From positions 1 through 64,000 of the forward strand of contig NIVC01000822.1 in the NCBI GenBank assembly GCA_002269645.1: a stretch of 64,000 nucleotides of DNA, read 5' to 3'. The first letter of the stretch is position 1, and every line of letters begins with the position of its first letter. The notes below the pieces were generated by a model that saw only the letters and a list, made by a program, of their open reading frames with translations, had not been told where the DNA came from and did no database searches. The stretch is from Macrostomum lignano (taxonomy: Eukaryota). The position numbers and the translations under genes are program-made. Positions 50,030-62,100 of the stretch are shown here, one piece after another.

Positions 50030-53000
50030 TCAGGACCCAAGCTCTCCCCTGACAGTCTTGACGGGCTGTCGCGAAGTGATGACGGCGGTGACGATCAGAA
50101 TGGCGCCGAAGAAGGAGAACAGCAGCAGCACGCCGGCGAAGGTGGCCAGGAAGCCCTCGCCGCCGATGTAGCGAGTTAGCAGCGGGGAGATGCGCGCCAG
50201 CGAGCCGTTGTTGGGCTTCGGCTGCAGGCCCAGCAGCTGGCAGGCCAGCGGGTAAAAGTCCACCGACTCCAGAGGCAGGTCCACCACAGCTCCGGCGGCC
50301 TTAAAGTCGGGGCCCCTGGCCACCCAGAGCGGCCGCATGTCTTCGGTATCGGCCGAGTAGCCGCTGACGCCCAGGGGCAGCGGGGCGCCGGCGCTGAGCC
50401 GCAGCAGCCAGGGCGGATTGGCGCGTGCATAGACAGGTGGGAGGCGCCTGCGGCAGCCGGAAAGGCGCAGCTCTGAAGGCAGGTGGGTGACGTCCCAAAC
50501 GCTGAGTTCGGTCTTGGATTTGGCCAGGCGGTTTATCAGGTCGGCTGGCTGGTGACCAGCCTTTGGCCACAGCTGTGCCTGCGCACCAGGGGGCAAGTTC
50601 AGCCGGTTCTCGAACCAGTCAGCTGGGAGCAGCGAGTTAAGCTCGAGCACCTGAGATAAGATTTCAGCAAAGCGAGTATAAAAACTAAGTAAACTCAAGG
50701 CAATTCGGCCTTTAATGTGCATAGGCACTGTACCCCGTTCCCGATTATCATTCCCCGAGGAATGATGCTGATGGGGAATGATGCTGGGGGAATGATGCTG
50801 GGGGAATGATGCTGAGGGGAATGATGCTGGGGGAATGATGCTGGGGGTGATGCTGGGGAATGATGCTGGGGGTGATGCTGGGGAATGATGCTGGAGGAAT
50901 GATGCTGAGGGGAATGATGCTGAGGGGAATGATGCTGGGGGAAATGATGCTGGGGGTGATGCTAGGGGGTGATGCTGGGGAAATGATTCTGAGGGGAATG
51001 ATGCTGGAGGAATGATGCTGGGGGTGATGCTAGGGGGTGATGCTGGGGGAATGATGCTGAGGGGAATGATGCTGAGGGGAATGGTGCTAGGGGGAATGAT
51101 GCTGAGGGGAATGATGCTGGGGGAAATGATGCTGGGGGTGATGCTAGGGGGTGATGCTGGGGAAATGATTCTGAGGGGAATGATGCTGGAGGAATGATGC
51201 TGGGGGTGATGCTAGGGGGTGATGCTGGGGAAATGATGCTGGGGGAATGATGCTGGGGGAATGATGCTGGGGGAATGATGCTGAGGGGAATGGTGCTGTA
51301 ATGGCACTCAGCTCAGACACTGCATGGACTGGGAGGCTGATTTCAAGGATCCCAGAGACTGTGAAGTTTCAATGTGTGAGATACCGAACAGTGCCAAAAA
51401 TGAAGCCAGTCGGGATGTGCTCGATGCAGGTGCTCACCTTGGAGGAGTCCACAGCGGCCATGCCGTGATCAGCCATGACCACCAGATTGACGGAGTCCAG
51501 CATCCCGAGCTGCCGAAGGCCGCCCAGCAGCCGGCCCAGATGCCCGTCCAGCTCCACCAGTTTCTCGCCTACTTCCTTGCTGACTGGGCCGTGAGCTCTC
51601 GCGGTGTCTCCGGGCTCGGTAAAGTACATCAGGGCGAAGCTGATCTTGCCATGCGTGCCCGGCTTCGCCATCAGGTCAATCAGAAGCTGCACCTGGGCGG
51701 CCGGGTTGCTTGATGTGCCGATCTGGAGGCCGGCGGGGATCGGGAATGACTCAGTACTCAAATCTATACCAGCATCTGTGCGCTTCTTTCAGAAGTCTAA
51801 GAAGCTGCAGAGCCGGGAAACAGTTTTGCTTTGCGATCGAAGGCTGCTTGAAACTTAGGCCAATCTACTTATACATGTACCGGCAGTGACAGACCAATAA
51901 AACAATGACAAGCATCACAGAACTTTCTCAGATTGGTGAGTCATCCCTTTTACGAAAATATTTTGCAGTGCAGGGAAATCCACTGTGTATATATATAACT
52001 AAATTACCCTAACCCAAGCTGTGAATAAAAACTACATTTTTAGCCTTATGTTTACCGTATTCTTCCAAATTGTTCGAATAGATCATTTAGGCTCTTTCAA
52101 AATAAGCCTTTATTCAAACTAATTATTAAGTTCCTATCACTAGTAGTCTATGAGCATTTAAACATAACTCACAACAGAGATAATCCATCATTCTTCGAAT
52201 ATTCTGTACTGGCACTGCCCAGTCTGCAATCAGACACTCACAGCACTGTCCAGTCTGCAATCAGACACTCACTAACGGCTCAGCACTGTCCAGTCTGCAA
52301 TCAGACACTCACTAACGGCTCAGCACTGTCCAGTCTGCAATCAGACACTCGCTATCAGCTCAGCACTGTCCAGTCTGCAATCAGACACTCGCTATCAGCT
52401 CAGCACTGTCCAGTCTGCAATCAGACACTCGCTATCAGCTCAGCACTGTCCAGTCTGCAATCAGACACTCACTAACGGCTCAGCACTGTCAAGTCTGCAA
52501 TCAGACACTCGCTATCAGCTCAGCACTGCCCAGTCTGCAATCAGACACTCACTATCGGCTCAGCACTGTCCAGTCTGCAATCAGACACTCACTAACGGCT
52601 CAGCACTGTCCAGTCTGCAATCAGACACTCACAGCACTGCCCAGTCTGCAATTAGACACTCACAGCACTGCCCAGTCTGCAACCAGACACTCACTAACGG
52701 CTCAGCACTGCCCAGTCTGCAATCAGACACTCACAGCACTGCCCAGTCTGCAATCAGACACTCACAGCACTGCCCAGTCTGCAATCAGACACTCACTAAC
52801 GGCTCAGCACTGCCCAGTCTGCAATCAGACACTCGCTATCAGCTCAGCACTGCCCAGTCTGCAATCAGACACTCACAGCACTGCCCAGTCTGCAATCAGA
52901 CACTCACAGCACTGTCCAGTCTGCAATCAGACACTCACAGCACTGTCCAGTCTGCAATCAGACACTCACAGCACTGTCCAGTCTGCAATCAGACACTCAC

Positions 53001-53662
53001 AGCACTGTCCAGTCTGCAATCAGACACTCACAGCACCGCCCAGTCTGCAATCAGACACTGATTATTTGTTTGAGCCCACCTGTTGCGGGGAGCCAGAGGA
53101 GCCGCCGAACAGCAGGGCTTTGCCGGGCAACAGCAAAAGCGACTTGCCGCCTTGCCGCTGGTTGGCGAGCCACAGAGGCTCCGGGAAGCCCTTGTAGAAC
53201 CAAGCGGCATCGCTGAGGCTGGTGAGGTTTGTCTTGTGAAAGACCACGCCAGGCCTGTCGCTGTCCAGAAAGGAGTCGAAGGGGATGCAGTGGCTCTCCG
53301 GATACAAGCCAGTCAGCATGCTCCAGTAGTTTGGCATGGAGTCAGTTGGGTTCACGCTGCGCATTTTGCTGGCTCGAACTCCCTGCTTGAGCAGCGTTTC
53401 AAAACTAGACAAATTGACGCCGCGAGACTTATACACATCGGGGAGGTCATAGCGGAGTCCATTGAAAATGAGCACGATTAGGGGCGATGTTGAACCGCTT
53501 TCGTGCTCCATGGAATGGTCATGGTGCATGGAGTGGCCGTCATGCTGGACACCTGGGTCAGCAGGAACATGCATATTATGTTGCATGTGATCATGCACGT
53601 CTTCTGCTTGGCTTCCAGGACATGCAGAGACAACAAGCAGTGCCAGCAGGCACCAAATACAC
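50030..53662 (-). CDS. Ectonucleotide pyrophosphatase/phosphodiesterase-fold type I membrane protein (ENPP4/5/7-like), probable pseudoenzyme; start exon unresolved
   Basis: Exons 53662-53080, 51722-51438, 50650-50030. LTGLYPESH, EPLWLANQRQG, VMADHGM, MRPLWVARGPDF, PNNGS; hydrophobic signal-like N-terminus and a C-terminal TM helix. Confidence 0.87.
50760..51300. repeat. G-rich ~14-16-bp minisatellite, ENPP intron
   Basis: GGGAATGATGCTGGGG-type units. Confidence 0.94.
52210..53060. repeat. 31/40-bp minisatellite, ENPP intron
   Basis: Unit CAGCACTGCCCAGTCTGCAATCAGACACTCA(CTAACGGCT). Confidence 0.96.
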
Positions 53663-55547
53663 CTGAAGGTGAATTGTTAAAAATATTGAAATCTAAGTGT
53701 AAGTTTAGTCTAGTCTAGTACAACATAGACAATAGAGGACAAGAAGATAGGGCTGCTTTTGATAAGTGCAAATATTTGTCTTAAGAGCAGCTAATAGACC
53801 TTGTTGCCAGTTATGAATAGCTTAAGTATATAGAGCTTTAGCAATAGTATATGGTCTACTACACAGTGATTAAACAGTTTGAATAATGAACTGGTATTCC
53901 TATGACAAAGGCAGCAAAAAACAAATGGCTAATGTCTAAATTCATAAGTCTATTTGATATCTATGCATAGTTTATGCTAAGGATGACTCACCAATGGCTT
54001 TAAAAAGCATTATATATTGTGTGATATAACTTATTGGCTATAAAAAATAATAAGCTATTTAAAAAGATATATTTTCAATTAAACTTGCAATCTTTAATAG
54101 CAAATACAATTTCCTTACAATTTAATCTTCTTACAATCTCCTTACAATTTAATTATGCATTTTTCTTGTTATTTCTAATGCCTCTTGCTTTCATTTGTTA
54201 TTCTCTACCCTTTAAAATCAATGAATAATAAATCTTTAAAATGGGATACATTTAATGTTTGAGAGAAATCAAAGATTAAAGTAAGGAAAAAAACTCTTTA
54301 AATAAACTATATATAGTTTTTGGCATTATATAGTCATTTTGTTATTGCTTAAGGAAATGATATATAATTAAAGCAAAAAGCCTTAAATAAAAGCTAGTTA
54401 TCTAGCCTAAAAAGATAATAGCATCCCCTTTATCATTTGAGCTTAGTATCAAAGCTTTTATTTAAATTAGAAAAGCTTGAATATAAGCCTTGACATTAAA
54501 AAGAAATAAGAAGTATGCAACAATTATACAAAAAAGCTTTTAACTAAGTTGGGTCTATAAAGAATAAAGATTTCAATATATATTTTCTAAGACTAAGAGT
54601 TCTAATCTAAGAGTTATTTCTATATACTAGACTATTTCTAAAAATCAAATAAATTTTAAAATTCTAGCAACAAAACTCGTCTTTTTGCATTGTGTCCTAG
54701 TAATACCATATTTTCTATCTTAGAAGATATTAGAAAATTGAAACTTTGAAAGTAATACTAGGCCCCTATCTTTTAAAGATTAAAGCATATAATCTTTCTA
54801 TATTGCTTTGAATTAGATAACAACAAAACAACAACAGAACAAAAACAACAACAAAATACAGTGTCAGGGTGCTTAGAATCCTGACAGGGCGCGCCTTTAG
54901 GACAGAAAATATAAATGCGCCTTTAGGACAGAAAATATAAATGATCTATCCTCGACGACCACACATTAGATAAGATAAAGTCAAGAAAAATATTCCAAGT
55001 TCTGTTGAGTTGATTATCCAATTAACATGTAAGGCTGCCCAGTCATGTTACATCTAAGCAGGCCTACACATAACGCAAATATACATTAATGTTAGAGCTG
55101 TTCTATCTAATATATTTCGTCACATGTTAAATCATGTGTAAACTATGTCTATGATATCATATTATCATGTTAATCAATTTGTACATATAGTTTAATTAAA
55201 AAGAACCCTTGAATGCGAAATGGTGGTTAGACTCATAATAATAATTAAATTTCGCTATTTACTATAGCACTAAAGACATTATTTATAAGCTTTTCTCGTC
55301 TTTCGCATTTATCAATAAATTTAACATCTTTTTAGAGCATTTTAACGTTTTTATTTATTTTACTTCTTGAACACAAGAGTCCGTAGTTGCAAACTTTCAA
55401 TTCTGCGAGTTTGGTTCTTTTTATCGAAAAAATACAAGGGCGAAATTCTTTCTTTATTCTCCATTAATTCAAAACCTTGTTAACTATTTCAAGTAAAATC
55501 GTTAACAAGGTCGTTAACAAGTCGTTAACAAGTTTAAAATCCTAAAA

Positions 55548-56921
55548 ATGGCCACGCCTGCTCCGGTTAAAAAGGTTTTTAAGATTCGCATGTCTCGGGG
55601 AGAAACTGACGACTCTGACATTGATTTAGAGAGAGTTGAGGATTATGTTTTATTTGATGAGCGTGAGAATGCAATCCGCTTTGGTGAAATATATAAGATG
55701 AAGAAAACAATTTTTATTTTTCTTCGTGTAAGTACTTCAACTTTCTGAATATTTTAAAGTGTTTTTTTACAGTTTGTGATCTAGCATCTAACACTAATAT
55801 ATAATAGATGGCGCAACATTTCAATTGACTTAAAAACTACTCTGTAAATACTACATTGAGAATAATAAAATGTTTAATTTATCATGCTTGCTATCTGTGA
55901 GGATTTGTATTTGTATCATATTTTTGTTAGTGAAGATTATAAGTCAATAATATGGGGAATTTTATAATTAGTTATTTAGCAAGTTAATAATTGGTTTTGG
56001 TATATAAAATAAGATGTAGGATTTTTATATATTTATCATGCTTTGAACTTCATTTTAGCATCCGCAGTGCTTCACTGTGAAGGAGTACATGGATGATTTG
56101 TGTCGTGTTTCTACCGAAATGCTGGAGGAAGTAAATGTTCAGTTGGCTATAATTCTGCCATCCAAATCGGAAACAGCATTTGTAAGTTTGTGCCACAATA
56201 ATAACGGCCTATTGGCTGCTGTTAAAATTTCAGCTGCTCGTTAGTACCCGAGAGTCTCTCGTGCTAATGTATATTTATACTCGTAGATAATGTCAAATGT
56301 AAATTCAACTAAAATAAAACCATACATAGCTCATAGTTTGCTGATCTCAGGGATGTACTCTTTTGATGGCCCACTAAAAGCTTTTGGAGGTAAAACATTT
56401 CAATAATATGAATGAAAATTATTGAACTACCACAAATAACTGTAGACATTTCGCACCGAGTTCATGCTTGGCCACTCTGTCTACTGTGATCCTGAGATGG
56501 CATTGTACAAGGAGCTGGGCTTCACTCTGGTGACCAGCACTGGAGGTAAGTGTTTCCCTTAGAATTACCATGGGAAGTCTTCATAAAATAGAATTCATTC
56601 TCTTTTAATTGCTATTTGGCTAAATGCTTTGCTGATATTTGGTGCTTTCTCTCCACAGAGACCCTTGCAAGCAGCAAGCACGTGAAGTCAGGCTGGGTGT
56701 CTGGTGTCCTGCAGAGCACCTACCGCGCAATGTGGTACCAGGATTTCTCGGCCGATATGTACCAAAACGGTGGCTGTCTGGTGGCTGGTCCTGGCCGCCT
56801 GCTGCACTTTTTCCACCGGGACAAGTGCCTCTTTGACCAGGTATCCATCAACAAGGTGCTCGAGTTCGTAGGCGCTGGAGTCATCAGCTTTCCCAAGGAT
56901 GCGCGGGTCATCACTGTGTGA
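55548..56921 (+). CDS. PRXL2C: Peroxiredoxin-like 2C / AAED1-type AhpC-TSA thioredoxin-fold protein, 221 aa
   Basis: Exons 55548-55727, 56059-56181, 56446-56545, 56659-56921. FGEIY...IFIFLRHPQCFTVKEYMDDL, VYCDPEMALYKELG, KHVKSGWVSGVLQS, QNGGCLVAGPG..LHFFHRD...D..SINKVL. Confidence 0.88.
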
Positions 56922-59153
56922 TGCGTGCCTGTTATGGAGACTCAGCATGAAGGCGTGCGTAGCTCAAAGCTTAGCTGAGCACTTTTAATTAGAGCTCCTG
57001 GCACAGTCTGTAATCTACTGCTGTTGGGATATAAAATACGTGCGAGAAAAATGCTAAAATATTTTGTCAACTTGAAGAAATCATAGCAGGTATAGTAGAT
57101 AGTTCTGCCAGCAGAGCCTTTTCAGCTTTATTGCGCTCGTACTATAACGATTTATTTACATGTACAGCAGCTGTTTCACCCCTTCCACTAATTTTGTGCT
57201 TGCAATTCGTTGCCGCGCTTCCCTCAAACGAAGCTACTACTCTGTTCCACTGCTCAGACTTGACTTTCTCCACGCGATTATTTGACGAGTCTTTTGTAAG
57301 CCCTCGTACTTATTTGTGTTCCGATGCTTCAATAGCACTTTGCTGCCGTTTTATATCAACTTTTCAATACAACTGCTTCATGGTTTAAAGCAAGCCATTT
57401 CAACTAAACCAGGCTTTGCAAAAATGCAACTCTTTCAGTCATAGTGGCCACAGTCTTGTTGAAGAGCTGACACGGACTGATTTTCTGATAAGGAAACAAC
57501 GGTCAACATTTATTTTTTATCTGCAATAATTGTTTGATCGAAAAATTGGAACAAAACGATGCTAAAATCAGTTAATTTTCTGCGCATATAATAAAGATTA
57601 CATTTAACACGAGTTTAAGACTATCTGCGGCATAAGACAAAATGGCAGCTTCAAGGTCTTCAAGGTATTGCAACAGCACATCTCTCGTACAGAGGCTGTG
57701 TAGCCTTCTACACAGGTAGAAGCATGTCTATCGCCACTTCTTCTGAACTAGGTCGTATACTAAACGTCATTATTAGGAGACCTGCACGAAGCAAACTTGT
57801 CTCTCAGTATACTGCCAATGCACCAAATGATGCCTCAATTTACCAAAAAATTGTCAGCAATCACTTCTATCCTTATGTACTTAAATACCAGCATTAAGGT
57901 GGCTCTCGATGGCTGCAGTCTCTGATTACACTACATAAAAGACAGACATTGTAAACTGTAAAGTTTGTTACAAACAAAATATATCACAACATTAATACAC
58001 CATCGCAGGTAAAAAGCTATGAAAGTGAGAGTTTTATCGAGAATATCGAGTATTAATCAATAAAATTTATTCTATTTGGCTTTAGCCCTTACATCAGTTA
58101 GTGTAATTAACTATGAAAGTACATTACCTTGCATTACAGTCCTAACATACACTTGTGTACGGAAATACGACCATAGCCAATGAACGCTCTGCAGCAGAAA
58201 CAAAAAATCGGTGTTAAAACAGGACATAAAAATATTTTGATAAAATTTCTCTGAGTGTGCTGGAAGTTTTGGAATTTTTTCCGCCATACTGTAGACCTAA
58301 TTTACATTAAGGAATCGCTACTGCAGTGGGATCTGTACTTTATGAATTACTTGTACTTAACTGATAAAATTAATGTTCGCTTGTGCTTGGAGTCGAAGAA
58401 ACTTTGAGGTGAGATGATATTCTGTGGTGACATTGAAAACACTGAACACAGCTGACGAAAACAAGAGCAAAAATTTAATAACAATTTTGCTTTTCATCGT
58501 TCTCCAGCTCACAGTCGGTAAAAGCAAATTCGATGCTCAAATCAAAATCATTAATATTAAACCTAACCCAAGTCAATGACGGCCTGAACGAGATGTTTTC
58601 GATCGTCTTCTCTATAAACCTGAAAAAGCCGGACCTGCTGTGAGCTGTCAAGATCGAGTGAAAGGTCAATAAAAATGACCACGGATAATCAGCTGACAAA
58701 AATTGACCAAGTACACAAAACCAAAGCGTGAACTTGCTGAGCACAAACAGAAAAAATCCAGTATTGAGAAGCACGAGTAGGCAAGCCGGAACAAGAAGTG
58801 CATGGCAGCTGAGAGTGGGCCGAGTTGCAATCAGACAATGATAGCTTTGTAAAACTGATCCCAGAGACTTGGGAGGATCGGAAATGAGATGCAAAAGAAT
58901 CTGAAAGGGGATTGCGTGGCGCTTGCAAAATAGTGAGTTTTAATTGATCATGGTGGAGTAAAGAAAGCCTAGACGACTTTATTAGCGATGCATAGATGTG
59001 CTTGCTGAAGACACAGGTAGCTGAAGACTGTCGGAAAGAAAGCTTGCAAAACTGTTTTAAGTTCCTTATTATTTTCAGTAGCTCATTGAAGCTCCCACTG
59101 CAGCGCTATACTGATTCCGTCTCGGTGCCCAGGCAGATCTCGGAGCCCGGCCA

Positions 59154-62100
59154 TCAGGACCTCACAACCTGAGGGAGTTGCAGGGCCGACTGCTGGTGTA
59201 ACAGCGAAGGAGGCGGGTCAGGCGGTCGCACGGGAGGCGGCTGGGCAACAAGCAGCAGGGCTCGAAGTACGGAGCTCGGGGGCAGCCCGAGTATGGCGGA
59301 GTACAGACGGATGAACTCGCCGACCTCGGTCTGTGAGCGGCTGGCCAGCCAGCGCAACGAGCGGTGCCGACCTCCTGCTGCGGCTTCGGCGGCTGCGGCA
59401 GCTGCTGGAGCGTCATGGGCGACGGCGGCCTCCACGGCGGCAGTCTCGGCTGCCTCCGACGGGAGACAATCGGCGTTGCAGAATGCACAGTAAAAGGCCA
59501 GCGCCATCAGCAGGTCCGGGCTGCGGCCCACCAGCACAGCCAAGTCGGCGGCAGCGCCCTGCTGCGGCCCCACGGCGGCGTCGCTTCGTCGCAGAAAGGC
59601 GAGGGCGCCAAACGCGAGCGCCAGACCGCGGCTGTTAAGGCGCAGCAGGGCAAGGCGGTGGCGCGGGCTGAGCAGGCAGATGCTGGGCAGGGCGGACAGC
59701 AAATTGCCTGCCAGTTGTAGGCCGCCGGTGCTGCCATTGTAGAGCCCGGTGATGTCCCTGGTACCGCCAGCGTTGCTGTCCTCGGCAGCGCAGAGTCGGT
59801 AAAAATCGGCCAGGGCCTCACGCACGAAGCCGAGCATCTCCTCGGAGGACATTGGAAGCTGCTGCTGTTGTGGGGGGCCGCCGCTTTCACTGCCGGTGCC
59901 GCCGATCCAGTAGGTGAAGCTGGTGGCCGGCGGGTGCCGGGGCCTATTTGAGGGAGAGGTTTAAATATCCTGAATTTGAGCAAAATTTCTAAAACTTGCA
60001 GTGTTGGCAAAGTGCAAAACGGGGGGTGAAAGAGATGGTCCTTGTAGTTCAGCCTATCACAGCATGCACAGAGAAACTCAAATCAATTTGCAAATTGCTC
60101 TATAAGGCTACCGCAAGCCTATTTCTTAACCGTGGCAAACTCTGCTCAACTCTCAGGATTGGGCTTAGCTCCAGTCGATTTCAGCATTCACTGGTTCGAA
60201 AATTCAAAACAGATCTGCGATCTAGATTAACTGGGTGGGCATGTATATGTTCTATATGTTCTCATGCAGTACAGCAAACTCTGGAAGGTGACAAAAATGA
60301 GAAATACAAGCAGCTTAGTGACAATCATAGCAGCCTTAAAAGTTGCCTTAAAAGCAAGAACATCAGACTTCCCGACAAACCATATTTTTCACAACCGGGA
60401 GAGCTTCACAGTCTCAAGCAATTGGTAGGACAGCAGGTCAGCATACTGCATAGAATTTAGAGCAGGTCTGGGAAATATTAATATTCAAAATCTATCCGAA
60501 ATCTATCGAATAAGCGTTGTAGTTCAGTCGGCCCAGCAGGCATATATACTGTGGAAATTGGAACTCTCAAACACACTGGCATTGCGCCGCTACGAGTATA
60601 CTCACTGCCATATCTAGCGAGAATGGACAGCAGAAATAGTGAATTTCGCACGGCTCGCTTTTGTAGCGAGTTGTCATGCTGGTGAAGCCAAATCCAGTGT
60701 AATCGCTCGACTTGGGCATCGGTTTTTACAGTTGCACATGAGTAATGTGAGTTAGGGCTGCATGAGATAATAAATGCTAAGCACAATGTGATCCAGTATT
60801 TACCCAATCGCTGGAAAGCAGCCTGGAAGCGGGGGTCTCTGATTGGTCAGCTCAGTCAGCTGACAGCCGGCACCGAGCCAGAGGCTGCTTGTGGCAACCG
60901 CTGCAACTGCGGAAACCGTAGCAGTCGATGGAGGCGGGGGTGGCGGCGGCGGCGGAGGCAGCTGCGGCGGCGGCGGCGGAGGCAGCTGCGGCGGCGGCAG
61001 CGGCTGCATCAGCGGTGGCTTGGGCTGCCAGTAAAGAAATCCGGGCCGGTTCTCCTTGCGTCCTCGGTAATTGGCCCGGGTCACCAGCTTGCTGAGCGCT
61101 GCGGGCGGGGATACGGCATCGGGCATCGGGACTCAGGGTGAAATGAGGGGCTATTAGCGCCTCTAGTCAATTATTGCACAAAAGTATTAACTGCCCGACT
61201 GTGTTCCTCGAGAAATTACTGCCACTTTCACTTCCCATTTTCATTAGTTTGATGCTGAGTTAATTATTCCATGTTTTCAAGACGCTATTTGCCTAATTAC
61301 CCAGAGCGCACGTGGGGAAAATGGGATAGGGACTCTATACTGTCGGAACTTTCTGCTCGTATATCAGACTGGAGGTGGCCGCGACTGAGATGCTCATCAG
61401 CCAGCTACGTACGCGTGATGAGCTCCGGCTTCATCCCTGCGGCAAGGCAGCGCTTCAGCCGACAGGCGGGGCAGCGCTTGCGCAGCCGGCCGGTGGTTGG
61501 ACAGTTGCCCGCCATCCTGCAGAGTCGCAGCTGCCACGGCGTGGTTGGATGGGGCGGAGATGTGCGGATTGCGCGGCTTGTTCTGATCCAAGGAGAACGG
61601 ATAAGGCGAGGTTTCATTGCATTTAATGGAGCTGTGCAAAATTAGTGGCGTTTTCAGCTATAACTGGCAGGGCCAGTGCGAAGGTGCTTGAGGAACTGGT
61701 TGTATTAATGCGGAAGGTACTTGAGGAAATGCATGATTGTATCAGTTCGAAGGTGCTTGAGGAACTGGTTGTATTAATGCGGAAGGTACTTGAGGAAATG
61801 CATGATTGTATCAGTGCGAAGGTGCTTGAGGAACTGGTTTTATTAATGCGAAAGGTGCTTGAGGAACTGGTTGTATCAGTGCGAAGGTGCTTGAGGAACT
61901 GGTTGTATTAATGCGGAAGGTGCTTGAGGAACTGGTTGTATCAGTGCGAAGGTGCTTGAGGAACTGGTTGTATTAATGCGGAAGGTGCTTGAGGAACTGG
62001 TTGTATCAGTGCGAAGGTGCTTGAGGAACTGGTTGTATTAATGCGGAAGGTGCTTGAGGAACTGGTTGTGTCAGTTCGAAGGTGCTTGAGGAACTGGTTG

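Noticed and set aside
54886-54943. 26-bp direct duplication (GCGCCTTTAGGACAGAAAATATAAAT x2)
   Set aside because: An isolated local tandem duplication with no element between the copies.
58475-58928. Hydrophobic ORFs downstream of the nuclear receptor
   Set aside because: No recognisable LBD helices or other domain, and no convincing splice link.
60606-60757. Possible extra nuclear receptor exon within ORF 60478-60807
   Set aside because: It would end in phase 1, incompatible with the phase-2 acceptor at 59943, whereas 60804 splices directly in frame to 59943.
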